Source of the DNA: Myxococcota bacterium | Lineage (GTDB): Bacteria > Myxococcota_A > SURF-8 > G963677705 | NCBI GenBank assembly: GCA_963677705.1 | Contig: OY782497.1 | Location: 4,703,603-4,767,602, forward strand | DNA length: 64,000 bases | Direction: 5' to 3' | In this document: positions 10,306 through 18,659 of the stretch, piece by piece | How the letters are laid out: each line of letters opens with the position of its first letter | How positions within the stretch are numbered: the first letter of the stretch is position 1 | Program-made: the position numbers and the translations under genes | Notes under the pieces: generated by a model | Told to the model about the DNA's origin: nothing | Seen by the model: the letters and a program-made list of their open reading frames with translations, nothing else | Databases searched by the model: none

Positions 10306-11139
10306 GTGCTGACCGTGTGTCCACAGTGTAAAAAAAGCCTGGTGGTTCCTGAAGCCGGAGTCAACCGCTGCAAACATTGTAAAAGTGTGGTGTATCTTGC
10401 GGAACCCGGTAGCCATGAAACCGATAGGGTGATTGCCACTGCTGAAGAAGTGCAAGAGGATGCAGAGCGCCAGAACCAGCGTTTCACGCAGAGCCAATCT
10501 GAGCCGGTGGAGATTCCCTGGGAGCAGGGGAAGCCGGTCAATTACTGGCAGGCGTTCTGGTCTACCTGGATGCGCTCCGTATTTTCGCCCACCCGCTTTT
10601 TTTCCTCGCTGAACCCGAAGGGAAAAGGAACACGGGGGTTTGCCTTCGGTTGGTTGGTGGTGACGGTATCTTTGCTGGTACATTTCGGAATGATCGTCGC
10701 GTTTTTCTCCCTTGCCACCGAGCAACAATATCAGGAGTTGATGACCAGTTTGCAGGAAATCAACGCTCAAGCCGCGCAGATCGGGCGGGCCGATCAATTG
10801 ATGATCAGCAAACTGATGCTCTTGTTTACGCCGTTGTTTGCCGCCGGATATTTGTTCATCAGTGCCGGGCTGAGCCACAGCGTACTGAAATTCCTGGAGA
10901 TCGGTGAGGACCGTTTTCAACTGACTCTGAAAGCTGTGGGATATGCCGCCGGACCGATGCTCTTTTTCCTGCTTCCCAGCACCGGAGCGATGATTGCTCT
11001 TCCCTGGACGGCGTGGTTGACCATGCTGTCGATTACCAAACTCCACGGAATTGATTCCTCCAAAGCCGTGCTGGTGGTTGGCTTACCCTTCATGGTGATG
11101 ACTTTCGGGATGATGATGATTCTCGGATTGGGGATGTAA
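10306..11139 (+). CDS. Zinc-ribbon plus Yip1-family membrane protein
   Basis: CPQC...CKHC, then IPWE...FWSTW...FSPTRFF and about 5 TM helices. Confidence 0.75.
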   Translation: MLTVCPQCKKSLVVPEAGVNRCKHCKSVVYLAEPGSHETDRVIATAEEVQEDAERQNQRFTQSQSEPVEIPWEQGKPVNYWQAFWSTWMRSVFSPTRFFSSLNPKGKGTRGFAFGWLVVTVSLLVHFGMIVAFFSLATEQQYQELMTSLQEINAQAAQIGRADQLMISKLMLLFTPLFAAGYLFISAGLSHSVLKFLEIGEDRFQLTLKAVGYAAGPMLFFLLPSTGAMIALPWTAWLTMLSITKLHGIDSSKAVLVVGLPFMVMTFGMMMILGLGM

Positions 11140-11182
11140 CCAAGGAAGGCGAGGGATCGCTTCTTCTTCTTTTCTGCTACGC

Positions 11183-11210
11183 AAAAAGGCGACCCGTTCG
11201 GGCCGCCTTT
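11183..11210. terminator. Intrinsic terminator for gatD, probably bidirectional
   Basis: The minus strand reads AAAGGCGGCCCG-AA-CGGGTCGCC-TTTTT. Confidence 0.7.
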
Positions 11211-11234
11211 GATCTTGGTCGCTTGAGTTCTTGC

Positions 11235-12623
11235 TCAGCGTTTGACGGTATGTAGGAATTCTTCCACCTCTTCCAAGCCACCCTGGAAAATAAGGTAGCC
11301 GTTGTAGGGTTCGCGTTCCGTAATATCGCGACAGACGGGAGTGAGCATCCGTTTTTGAACTTCGTCCCGGTCATGGCTGTGACCAAGAACCCAACCCAGC
11401 TTCATGTAGGCGGTTTCCGGCGTCATGTTGGCCGCAGGAACAATTCCGGCTTCCATCAGGTCGCGTCCGGTATCATAGACGTACATCTGCACAAATCCGT
11501 ACAGGGTTTGTACGGTCATGTAGATATGTACACCCTTGGCGATGGCCCGCTTGATGGCCGGGTACACCGGTTTGTTGATATGCCCAAGGCCTGTACCGGC
11601 AATGACGATCCCTTTGTAGCCATTGTCCACGAGGGAATCAATGATGTCCGCCTTCATGCCCGGATAGTAATAGACGATGCTTACGCGATCGTCATAGACC
11701 GGATCAATGATCGGTTTCCGGCTTGCGTCGCGGTGCTGATAATCCTTGCGCAAGGGGGTGAGATCACCACGGCGGATTTTCGCCAGGGGAATATCACTCA
11801 AAGTGCGGAAGGTGCTGCGGTAGCTGGAGTGCATTTTGCGCACGCGGGTTCCCGGATGAAGCAGACCGTATTGGTCGCTGGTGGGACCGAACATGCAGAC
11901 CATCACTTCGGCAATATCTCCGTGGGCCGCTGCGTAGGCCGAGTGAATCAGGTTCAGCGCGGCATCACTGGAGGGGCGGTCACTGGAACGCTGTGAGCCG
12001 ACCATCACGATGGGAACCGGCGTGTTTTGAACCATGTAGGATAATACCGCCGCCGTGTGGTGCATGGTATCGGTTCCATGACCGATGACGATGCCGTCTA
12101 CGCCGTTGGCGATGGCTTCACCGATCTTGTTGGCCGTGATCGCGTATTGCTCCCAGCTCATGTTCTCGCTGAACACGCCGAAGAGTTTTTCCGTCTTCAG
12201 GTTGCAGATGTCGGCCAACTCCGGCACGCTGCCGTAGAGTTCACCGGGGCTGAACGCGGGAATCACGGCGCCGGTACGGTAATCCAAACGGCTGGCGATG
12301 GTTCCGCCCGTACCGAAAAGCTGCACGTTGGGCTTTTTGGCGTCGTAGGGGAATTCCTTCTCCGGGATTTTGTAGTTGGCTGCCCGGTAGCCGATCTGTT
12401 TCATTTCCACTACAGTGTCGGCCAGCAAACCCAGGTTGTACCCTGTTTCCAGCTTCAGCACGATATGCTTGGAGTCCGCCGTTTCCGAGCGGGGGAGAAT
12501 CAGACCCTCGTAACGTCCGTTTTGGGTGCGAACCTGAACCTCGCTCCAGACTTGGACATCATGTTTTTTCAGGACGGCCAGACTTTCGTCCCGATAGCCT
12601 TTGTAACGATCCTCGTTTGCCAT
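11235..12623 (-). CDS. gatD: Glu-tRNA(Gln) amidotransferase subunit D (archaeal type)
   Basis: GatD-specific N-terminal barrel (YEGLILPRSE...HIVLKLETGYNLG) followed by an asparaginase-like domain with GTGGTIASRLDYRTGAV, HGTDTM, GSQRSSDRPSSD and RVRKMHS. Confidence 0.93.
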   Translation of the reverse strand: MANEDRYKGYRDESLAVLKKHDVQVWSEVQVRTQNGRYEGLILPRSETADSKHIVLKLETGYNLGLLADTVVEMKQIGYRAANYKIPEKEFPYDAKKPNVQLFGTGGTIASRLDYRTGAVIPAFSPGELYGSVPELADICNLKTEKLFGVFSENMSWEQYAITANKIGEAIANGVDGIVIGHGTDTMHHTAAVLSYMVQNTPVPIVMVGSQRSSDRPSSDAALNLIHSAYAAAHGDIAEVMVCMFGPTSDQYGLLHPGTRVRKMHSSYRSTFRTLSDIPLAKIRRGDLTPLRKDYQHRDASRKPIIDPVYDDRVSIVYYYPGMKADIIDSLVDNGYKGIVIAGTGLGHINKPVYPAIKRAIAKGVHIYMTVQTLYGFVQMYVYDTGRDLMEAGIVPAANMTPETAYMKLGWVLGHSHDRDEVQKRMLTPVCRDITEREPYNGYLIFQGGLEEVEEFLHTVKR

Positions 12624-12666
12624 GAAGTTTCTCCGTATTGTCTAACGAGTGATCCACCCGGTAAGG

Positions 12667-14616
12667 TTATTGTCCATCCGTAATGACGCGGTTCAGTTTT
12701 TCCAACACGGTCTTGGCGGGAACGCGGCCCAGCAGTTGGGACATGATGGTTCCCATCAGGAAGTGAATGCGTATCTGTTTTTCCTTGGAACGCAGGCCGT
12801 GCTGTTTGTTCATCGCTTCGTCCAAGAGGACTTGCAACTGTTCGCTCTCGTTCCCCTGAATGCAATAGGGGCTCAAGGCTTCATCCATGCTGGGGGCTGG
12901 TCCGATGAGGAAGCGCTCCAGCACCGCACCCACGGCATCCGAAAGCAGTTGTTCTTTGTTCAGGGCTTCGCAGAGCATGGAAAGAGCTTGTGTATCCAAG
13001 CGGCTCGTATCGGCACCTTTGCGATCCGCATAGCTCAGAGCCTGGCTCAAGCGACAGATCATGAACCGGCGATCCAGGGAAGGATATTGTTTCAGCACCT
13101 CATCAATGGTGCGACCCCAGGTGAGGCGTACCATTTTCTGAAGAACTTCCGGCGGCAGGTTCAGCGTATCATAGCGCTCACGCAGATCCCAGGGGCGTTC
13201 AGGAAGGTCTTCACGGGCTTTGGCCTTGCGCTCTTCCGTAATGGAGATGGGCGGAAGGTCGGTATCCGGATACATGCGGTCCGCGCCGGGAAGGATGCGC
13301 TCGAAACCGGTGATGCCGTGGGATAGCGCCTGGCGTGTTTCTGGAGGGATCCCTTCCAGGGCTTCTTTGGCCCGGATGATGATTTCTTTGGAGGCCGTTT
13401 CCAGGTCTTCCGGGCTTCCCCAGACCACGATGAAGGCGTCTTCCTTCCGGCCACGGAAACGCTTGCGGATGCGGTTCCACTGGCTGTGGGAAATCGTCGG
13501 CTCCAGACTGTCGGAATGAATCATGTTGGGGAAACTGTCCAGACAGGCGATGACGCGTACACGGTCGCTGATTTCCCTGGCGAAGTTGACCAGAGGTTGG
13601 GTCGGCTCATTGAGGATGCCGCCGAAGCTGACCAACTGCACGGCCATGACTTCTTTACCTTCATCCAAGGCCTTGCGGATGGGCAGGTATTCGGTGTCAT
13701 GCAGAATACCGGTTACTATCTTGGAATGAGCTTGAAGGGTGTCCGGTGCCAAACCACGCTGGGTGAGAATATCCCGGATACGCAGCAGGTTCCATTGGCG
13801 CATCGCTTCGTGGTAGGTCAACAGCGGAATTTTCTTCAGGGAATCCACTCCCTTGATTTCAACACGGGTTCCGCCTTCAATGCTTACATTGACATCCTGG
13901 CGGGCGGCACCACGTCCGGTACGGACCAAACCGGTGGAGCGGGCCATTTCACGGATGATTTCTCCGGCCTGCTGCATTTCCCACGGGGTGTAAAGTTCTG
14001 GTTCGGTTACCGTTTCGATCAAGGGCATACCCAGGCGGTCCGTGCGGAACCAGATGGTGTGACCCTGATCTTTGATTTCGCGGCAGCTATCTTCCTCCAT
14101 ACCCAGTTGGCGGATGCCGATACGGCGGCCCAGGAGGCGAATCCAGCCATCCACACCCAAAATGGTGGTGCGTTGAAACCCGGTGGGAATGGAGCCATCC
14201 AGATATTGCTTTCTAGCAATATGCAACTCATCCACCAGGTTGAGGTTCAACAGAATGGCGATGCGCAGCGCGATGTCAATGGCCTTCGGGTCCGGCTCAA
14301 ACGGAGGGCTGTCATCCATTTCATAGGTGCAGACCGTTTCCGGATTGAGCATGTAGATGATTTCTTTTTTCGTCTTGAATTCCATCAACGCGGTGCGGTC
14401 GTATTCACCCAGTTCACTCAAGGTGGGGCGCATGTGCCGCAAGACTTCCGCGTCGTAATCCGTGGAATAACGCCCTGCCGGGCAACGACAGAAAAGTTTG
14501 CGATCGGTCAATAGCTGCTGGTGGATCTCAAGACCACCTTTGAAGCCGAGGGCTTGCCAATCTTCGATGGTCATTTGCGCCAGCGGCTTGAAGGGATTCT
14601 TGCTGAAATCGTGCAT
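12667..14616 (-). CDS. gatE: Glu-tRNA(Gln) amidotransferase subunit E (archaeal type)
   Basis: GLEIHQQL...KLFCRCP, MRPTLSELGE, RKQYLDGSIPTGFQRT, EEDSCR, DRLGMPLIE, RQDVNVSIEGGTRVEIKGV, an AspRS-like insertion, then ETRQAL...LPGADRMYPDTDLPP. At 649 aa it is GatE-sized rather than GatB-sized. Confidence 0.93.
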   Translation of the reverse strand: MHDFSKNPFKPLAQMTIEDWQALGFKGGLEIHQQLLTDRKLFCRCPAGRYSTDYDAEVLRHMRPTLSELGEYDRTALMEFKTKKEIIYMLNPETVCTYEMDDSPPFEPDPKAIDIALRIAILLNLNLVDELHIARKQYLDGSIPTGFQRTTILGVDGWIRLLGRRIGIRQLGMEEDSCREIKDQGHTIWFRTDRLGMPLIETVTEPELYTPWEMQQAGEIIREMARSTGLVRTGRGAARQDVNVSIEGGTRVEIKGVDSLKKIPLLTYHEAMRQWNLLRIRDILTQRGLAPDTLQAHSKIVTGILHDTEYLPIRKALDEGKEVMAVQLVSFGGILNEPTQPLVNFAREISDRVRVIACLDSFPNMIHSDSLEPTISHSQWNRIRKRFRGRKEDAFIVVWGSPEDLETASKEIIIRAKEALEGIPPETRQALSHGITGFERILPGADRMYPDTDLPPISITEERKAKAREDLPERPWDLRERYDTLNLPPEVLQKMVRLTWGRTIDEVLKQYPSLDRRFMICRLSQALSYADRKGADTSRLDTQALSMLCEALNKEQLLSDAVGAVLERFLIGPAPSMDEALSPYCIQGNESEQLQVLLDEAMNKQHGLRSKEKQIRIHFLMGTIMSQLLGRVPAKTVLEKLNRVITDGQ

Positions 14617-14704
14617 GGTGGAAACCTATGACAGCAGGGGATGAGGTTTCGGTGCCGAAAACGGCCCCGGTTCACGGTTGGTCGGCAGACCCGCATACGC
14701 GCGT

Positions 14705-14733
14705 AACATAGGAAAAGCTTTCTAAGAAAGCAA
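14705..14733 (-). promoter_or_regulatory. Candidate sigma70 promoter of gatED
   Basis: The minus strand reads TTGCTT-N17-TATGTT, about 90 nt upstream of the gatE ATG. Confidence 0.6.
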
Positions 14734-14880
14734 GGAAAACCGGGCGAGAAAACGAGCATGATTTTTGTGATGCAGCAAGCCGTAGACTGGCTTGGTATGT
14801 CGCCCGTGGCGTTCTGGCGTCTTGCCAGAATGAAAGCGCGGTTTATGAACGGAACCGATCCATGAGCAAGGTGACATCTC

Positions 14881-15855
14881 TCAGCGATCGGATGGTGTGA
14901 TAAAGGCTTGCTCCCAATTGGCGGTAAGATGGGCCAATAGATTTAACAACTGAATATGACGACGGATTACACGCCGGAAGCGGTGAACATGGGCCGGGTT
15001 GAAATAGTTCCAGGTCCGAAAGCCGGTCAGCGGGCTTTTCTTGATGAAGCGCCAGGTTCCTACTTCCAGCGTGAGCGGCAGAAAGTGACCTTCCTCGCCG
15101 GGGTTCTGCTCAAGATAGCGGTCGTAGAGGTAATCCCATAAATCGCCGTTGGTGCAGTAATAGCGGGATTGTGGCGCGAAGTCATACTTGGCGTATTTCA
15201 GACTGTTATCGATCAGTTGGGCAATACGCCGGTATTCCTCCCAGGTTGGGGGGAGTCCCTGCTGCTTGGCGTAGGGTGTCCAGAGGCAATCGCGCACCCC
15301 GAAACCGGAGTGAAGATCCATCGTGATGGAAAAAGGAGCGTTGAAGCACTGCTCTTGCACGAGGCGTAGGAGCAGGCGGCTTTCCAGTTCCAAGTCCTGT
15401 TTTCCACGGAAATAGGGGAGCCAGGCCGACCAGCGGTGCCCGCCGATAAACACACTGGGGCAGGCGCTTTCCACCGGGGCATTGCGCATCAAGTCCACGC
15501 CGTGGCCGTTGGACCGCGTCATGTGTACCAGTCCCGCCGGGTTGACGATGGGAATCCCCACCATGCGTACCTTGGTCAATAGGTCCCGAAACTGCTCGTT
15601 CCAATCCGTCTGCTTCAAGGCGAAATCCAGGAAATGAACCAGGATCTGCACGCCGATGACTTCAAGTCCATGTACGCCGGCGAACAACCCCAATACGGGA
15701 AGTTCCTCCAGGTTTTCTGCTTCATGGTCCGTCAGGGAAAAGCGTTGAATAGGTTCCCGGCCTTTGCGGGTAGGAACGCTGTCCAGGCTTTCCAGACGGA
15801 AATAGCGAGGATAGCGCTTGGCCAAGGTCTGCAACTGAACGTGTTCGGAGATCAT
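14881..15855 (-). CDS. M14-family zinc carboxypeptidase-like protein
   Basis: AGVHGLE (HxxE), IVNPAG...RSNGHGVDLMRN, MDLHSGFG and TLEVG motifs. Start set to MISEH. Confidence 0.8.
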   Translation of the reverse strand: MISEHVQLQTLAKRYPRYFRLESLDSVPTRKGREPIQRFSLTDHEAENLEELPVLGLFAGVHGLEVIGVQILVHFLDFALKQTDWNEQFRDLLTKVRMVGIPIVNPAGLVHMTRSNGHGVDLMRNAPVESACPSVFIGGHRWSAWLPYFRGKQDLELESRLLLRLVQEQCFNAPFSITMDLHSGFGVRDCLWTPYAKQQGLPPTWEEYRRIAQLIDNSLKYAKYDFAPQSRYYCTNGDLWDYLYDRYLEQNPGEEGHFLPLTLEVGTWRFIKKSPLTGFRTWNYFNPAHVHRFRRVIRRHIQLLNLLAHLTANWEQAFITPSDR

Positions 15856-16091
15856 CCGTTTACTTCCCCCGTTGTGATGATGAAAGAGCGTCTTTTCTTC
15901 CACAAAGGTCGTCTGAATCTTAGAGAAGTAAAGGCAAAGTGCAACGGCTTTCATGGTCTTACGGAGAACTAACAGAACTGTGTAAGGAAAAACCTTGGAC
16001 GAAAAGCCCTGAGCTTGGTACCTACAGAATGTCTTGGTTGTTCCTGTTCTATGCGTTTCCTTCTTTGTTTGGAAAAGAAATCGGCAAGCCT

Positions 16092-16811
16092 ATGTCGTTG
16101 TATGACACCAAAATCCTGTCGGATGATTCCGCCGCGCATCAGCTTCTCCTGGTGGAGGATGACCCCCATTTGGGTGAGATGCTCTCCCGTGGTCTTGGCG
16201 AAGAAGGCTATCAGGTGAACTGGATTCAAGATGGCGCGCAAGCCATCGCCTGGCAGCGCAGTCACCCGGCGGATCTGATTATCCTTGATTGGATGCTCCC
16301 CGGCAAAGACGGCCTGGCAGTATGCCGTGCCGTGCGGGCTTCCGGCAGTACGGTGCCTATCCTTCTGCTGACGGTGAAGAACGAGCCGGAAGACAGGGTG
16401 AAAGGTCTGGATGCCGGAGCCGATGATTTTCTGGGGAAACCCTTTTCCTTTGATGAACTGCTCGCCCGGCTGCGGGCTCATCTGCGCCGCGTGGCCCGCT
16501 TTGAAGACCGCTATCTGCGGGTGGAAGATTTAACCCTGGATACCGTGACGCGCAAAGCGTTTCGCGAAGGGAAAGAGATCGAACTGACTGGTAAGGAATT
16601 TGCCCTGCTTGAATACCTGCTGCGTCGTCCCGGCGAGGTGATCAGTGAACAGGAGTTGGTTACCCATGTCTGGGGATTGGATTTCGATCCGAAAACCAAC
16701 CTGGTCAGTGTCTATGTTCATCATCTGCGGCGCAAGATCGACCAACCGTTTGCAACAACACTTCTTCATACCGTGCGCAAGCGGGGTTATCGTTTGGGGA
16801 ATGGTTCATGA
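16092..16811 (+). CDS. OmpR-family response regulator (CusR/CzcR-like)
   Basis: LLVEDD, ILDWMLPGKDG, GLDAGADDFLGKPF, LTGKEFALLEYL and TVRKRGY motifs. Confidence 0.93.
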   Translation: MSLYDTKILSDDSAAHQLLLVEDDPHLGEMLSRGLGEEGYQVNWIQDGAQAIAWQRSHPADLIILDWMLPGKDGLAVCRAVRASGSTVPILLLTVKNEPEDRVKGLDAGADDFLGKPFSFDELLARLRAHLRRVARFEDRYLRVEDLTLDTVTRKAFREGKEIELTGKEFALLEYLLRRPGEVISEQELVTHVWGLDFDPKTNLVSVYVHHLRRKIDQPFATTLLHTVRKRGYRLGNGS

Positions 16812-18223
16812 CGGGCCGGTCCATGCGCGTCAATCTCAGTTTGTGGTTCTTCGTGCTGTTTGCCGTGGCGCTGAGCTTGTTTCTTCTGGCGGAGTTCGGT
16901 TTACGGGAGTGGCAGCGGATTCGATCGGCGGATGAACACCTGCTTTTATTGGACCAGAGCATTCAACGGATGGTGCGTTCGCCCGATGGACTGAGCAGCC
17001 TCTTTCCGGAACGCTTGCAGGCGATGTCCCGAAACCACGGGGCTCATATCTCCTACTGGCCTGACTGTGACAGGCCGGATCGGTTTCAGGATTACGCGGG
17101 AGGGTTTTGGACCCACAAGCCCATTCTTCACGGTCATCATGAAAATCCCAAGGCGTTTCCGGAAACCATGCACCTGGAAACGCAAACCCTCTCCGCTCCG
17201 TACCTCGGTACCCAGGTTCGTGTCCTGATCCGAAGGTTGACCACGGCGGATAGCCGCCTGCCGGATGTCTGTTATCATGCTCTTGTCTTTCAAGATGCCA
17301 TGCCTGCAATGGCAAGGTCGATCTGGCCCTGGACCCTGCTGCTGGTGTTTCTGCTTCTGGGTTTGACCAGTGTCGTGGTGTATCTTGTTTTAGGGCGGGT
17401 TTTTGCTCATGTCCGGGATGTGGCAGAGCTTTCCAAACAGATTTCCGCCAAAGACCTTTCCCTGCGCCTGGATGAGTCCCGCGCCCACGGAGAGTTTCAG
17501 GATCTGATGGAAACTCTCAATGGTATGCTGGACAGGCTGGAAGCTTCTTTTTTGCAGGTCCAACGTTTTTCCGGCGATGTGGCCCACGAGTTGAAGACCC
17601 CGTTGACCACTTTGCTGGGGGAGTTGGATTTAGCCCTTCGGCGAGAGCGAACCCCAGAGCAATATCGCCAAAGCCTGATACGGCAGCAGGAGAGGCTTGG
17701 CTCTCTGGTGCGCTTGGTGGACGACCTCTTGCTGTTAAGCAAATTGGATGAAGGAACCTCGACCCTGAAGCTTGAACCCGTTTCCTTGGATGACCTGGCT
17801 CTAGCAAGCTGTGAAGCCTTGTTTTCTCTGGCGAGCCGGAAACAGGTGAACCTACTCCTCCCGGAACCGACGGGGTTTGTCGTGCAGGGAAATCCCCGCT
17901 TGTTGGAGCGCCTTCTGGGGAATCTTCTGGAAAACGCCATCAAATATTCTCCTTCCGGGGGCGAGGTGACTTTACAGGTCTTTGAGGCATCAGGCGCGGT
18001 GTGTATCGAGGTTTCAGACCGTGGGCATGGGATCGCCAAGGAGCAGCAAGCGCGGGTATGGGATCGTTTCTATAGGGTGGATGACAGTCGCTCCAGAAAG
18101 ACGGGTGGTTTCGGTCTGGGCTTGAGCCTGGTTCAAGCCATCGCCAAGGCACATCAGGCCGGCATTACCTTGGAAAGTGAAGCCGGGCAGGGAACGCGGA
18201 TTCGGCTGGCCTTTCCACGTTGA
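16808..18223 (+). CDS. Membrane sensor histidine kinase (HAMP-HisKA-HATPase)
   Basis: Two TM helices, AHELKTPL, NLLENAIKYS, DRGHGI, FYRVDDSR and GFGLGL. Overlaps the regulator stop by 4 nt (ATGA). Confidence 0.93.
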   Translation: MTGRSMRVNLSLWFFVLFAVALSLFLLAEFGLREWQRIRSADEHLLLLDQSIQRMVRSPDGLSSLFPERLQAMSRNHGAHISYWPDCDRPDRFQDYAGGFWTHKPILHGHHENPKAFPETMHLETQTLSAPYLGTQVRVLIRRLTTADSRLPDVCYHALVFQDAMPAMARSIWPWTLLLVFLLLGLTSVVVYLVLGRVFAHVRDVAELSKQISAKDLSLRLDESRAHGEFQDLMETLNGMLDRLEASFLQVQRFSGDVAHELKTPLTTLLGELDLALRRERTPEQYRQSLIRQQERLGSLVRLVDDLLLLSKLDEGTSTLKLEPVSLDDLALASCEALFSLASRKQVNLLLPEPTGFVVQGNPRLLERLLGNLLENAIKYSPSGGEVTLQVFEASGAVCIEVSDRGHGIAKEQQARVWDRFYRVDDSRSRKTGGFGLGLSLVQAIAKAHQAGITLESEAGQGTRIRLAFPR

Positions 18224-18297
18224 GTCCTTGTCACTCCGGTCGTGTCTGATTTTGTCAAGGGTTCATCGTTCAGCATCCCCAACGCAGAGTATTCCAA

Positions 18298-18540
18298 GGC
18301 TCACCATCAAGGATGGGGTTCCCATCTATCCGCCTGCGCGTCCCGTGTCTTTTCCGGCTTCTCGCGGCTCTCGGACGGCCCTCAAGGCTGAACTGTACCT
18401 CACTGCGTTCGGGCCTTGACCGCCGCCCTTGGCGACCCGCCTGGCCGTCACCCGACACGGGGCGGCTCTGTCGGGGATGGGAACGAGAGACGCCATCCGT
18501 TTTGACAAACGGTCATTTTCCCGACGATGGAATCAGAGCC
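18298..18540. repeat. Structured intergenic repeat, long copy (MITE/PATE-like)
   Basis: Both ends match 44716-44808. Contains hairpins GATGGG-GTT-CCCATC and CCGTTT-TGAC-AAACGG plus internal stems, and begins GGCTC and ends GAGCC. Confidence 0.65.
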
Positions 18541-18659
18541 GGAAAAAAGCGTGTCAGGTCTTGGAAAAGCCCTTGATCTTCCATAAAAGAGTTCCTAGAT
18601 TATCAAGACTGATCATGTGGCGGACACCCATTTGCCCGCTCTAAAAAGACGAAGGGACG

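Noticed and set aside
18503-18530. TTGACA inside the repeat (also 44771) as a sigma70 -35 element
   Set aside because: No -10 hexamer at 16-18 nt in either copy, and the motif is part of a conserved hairpin.
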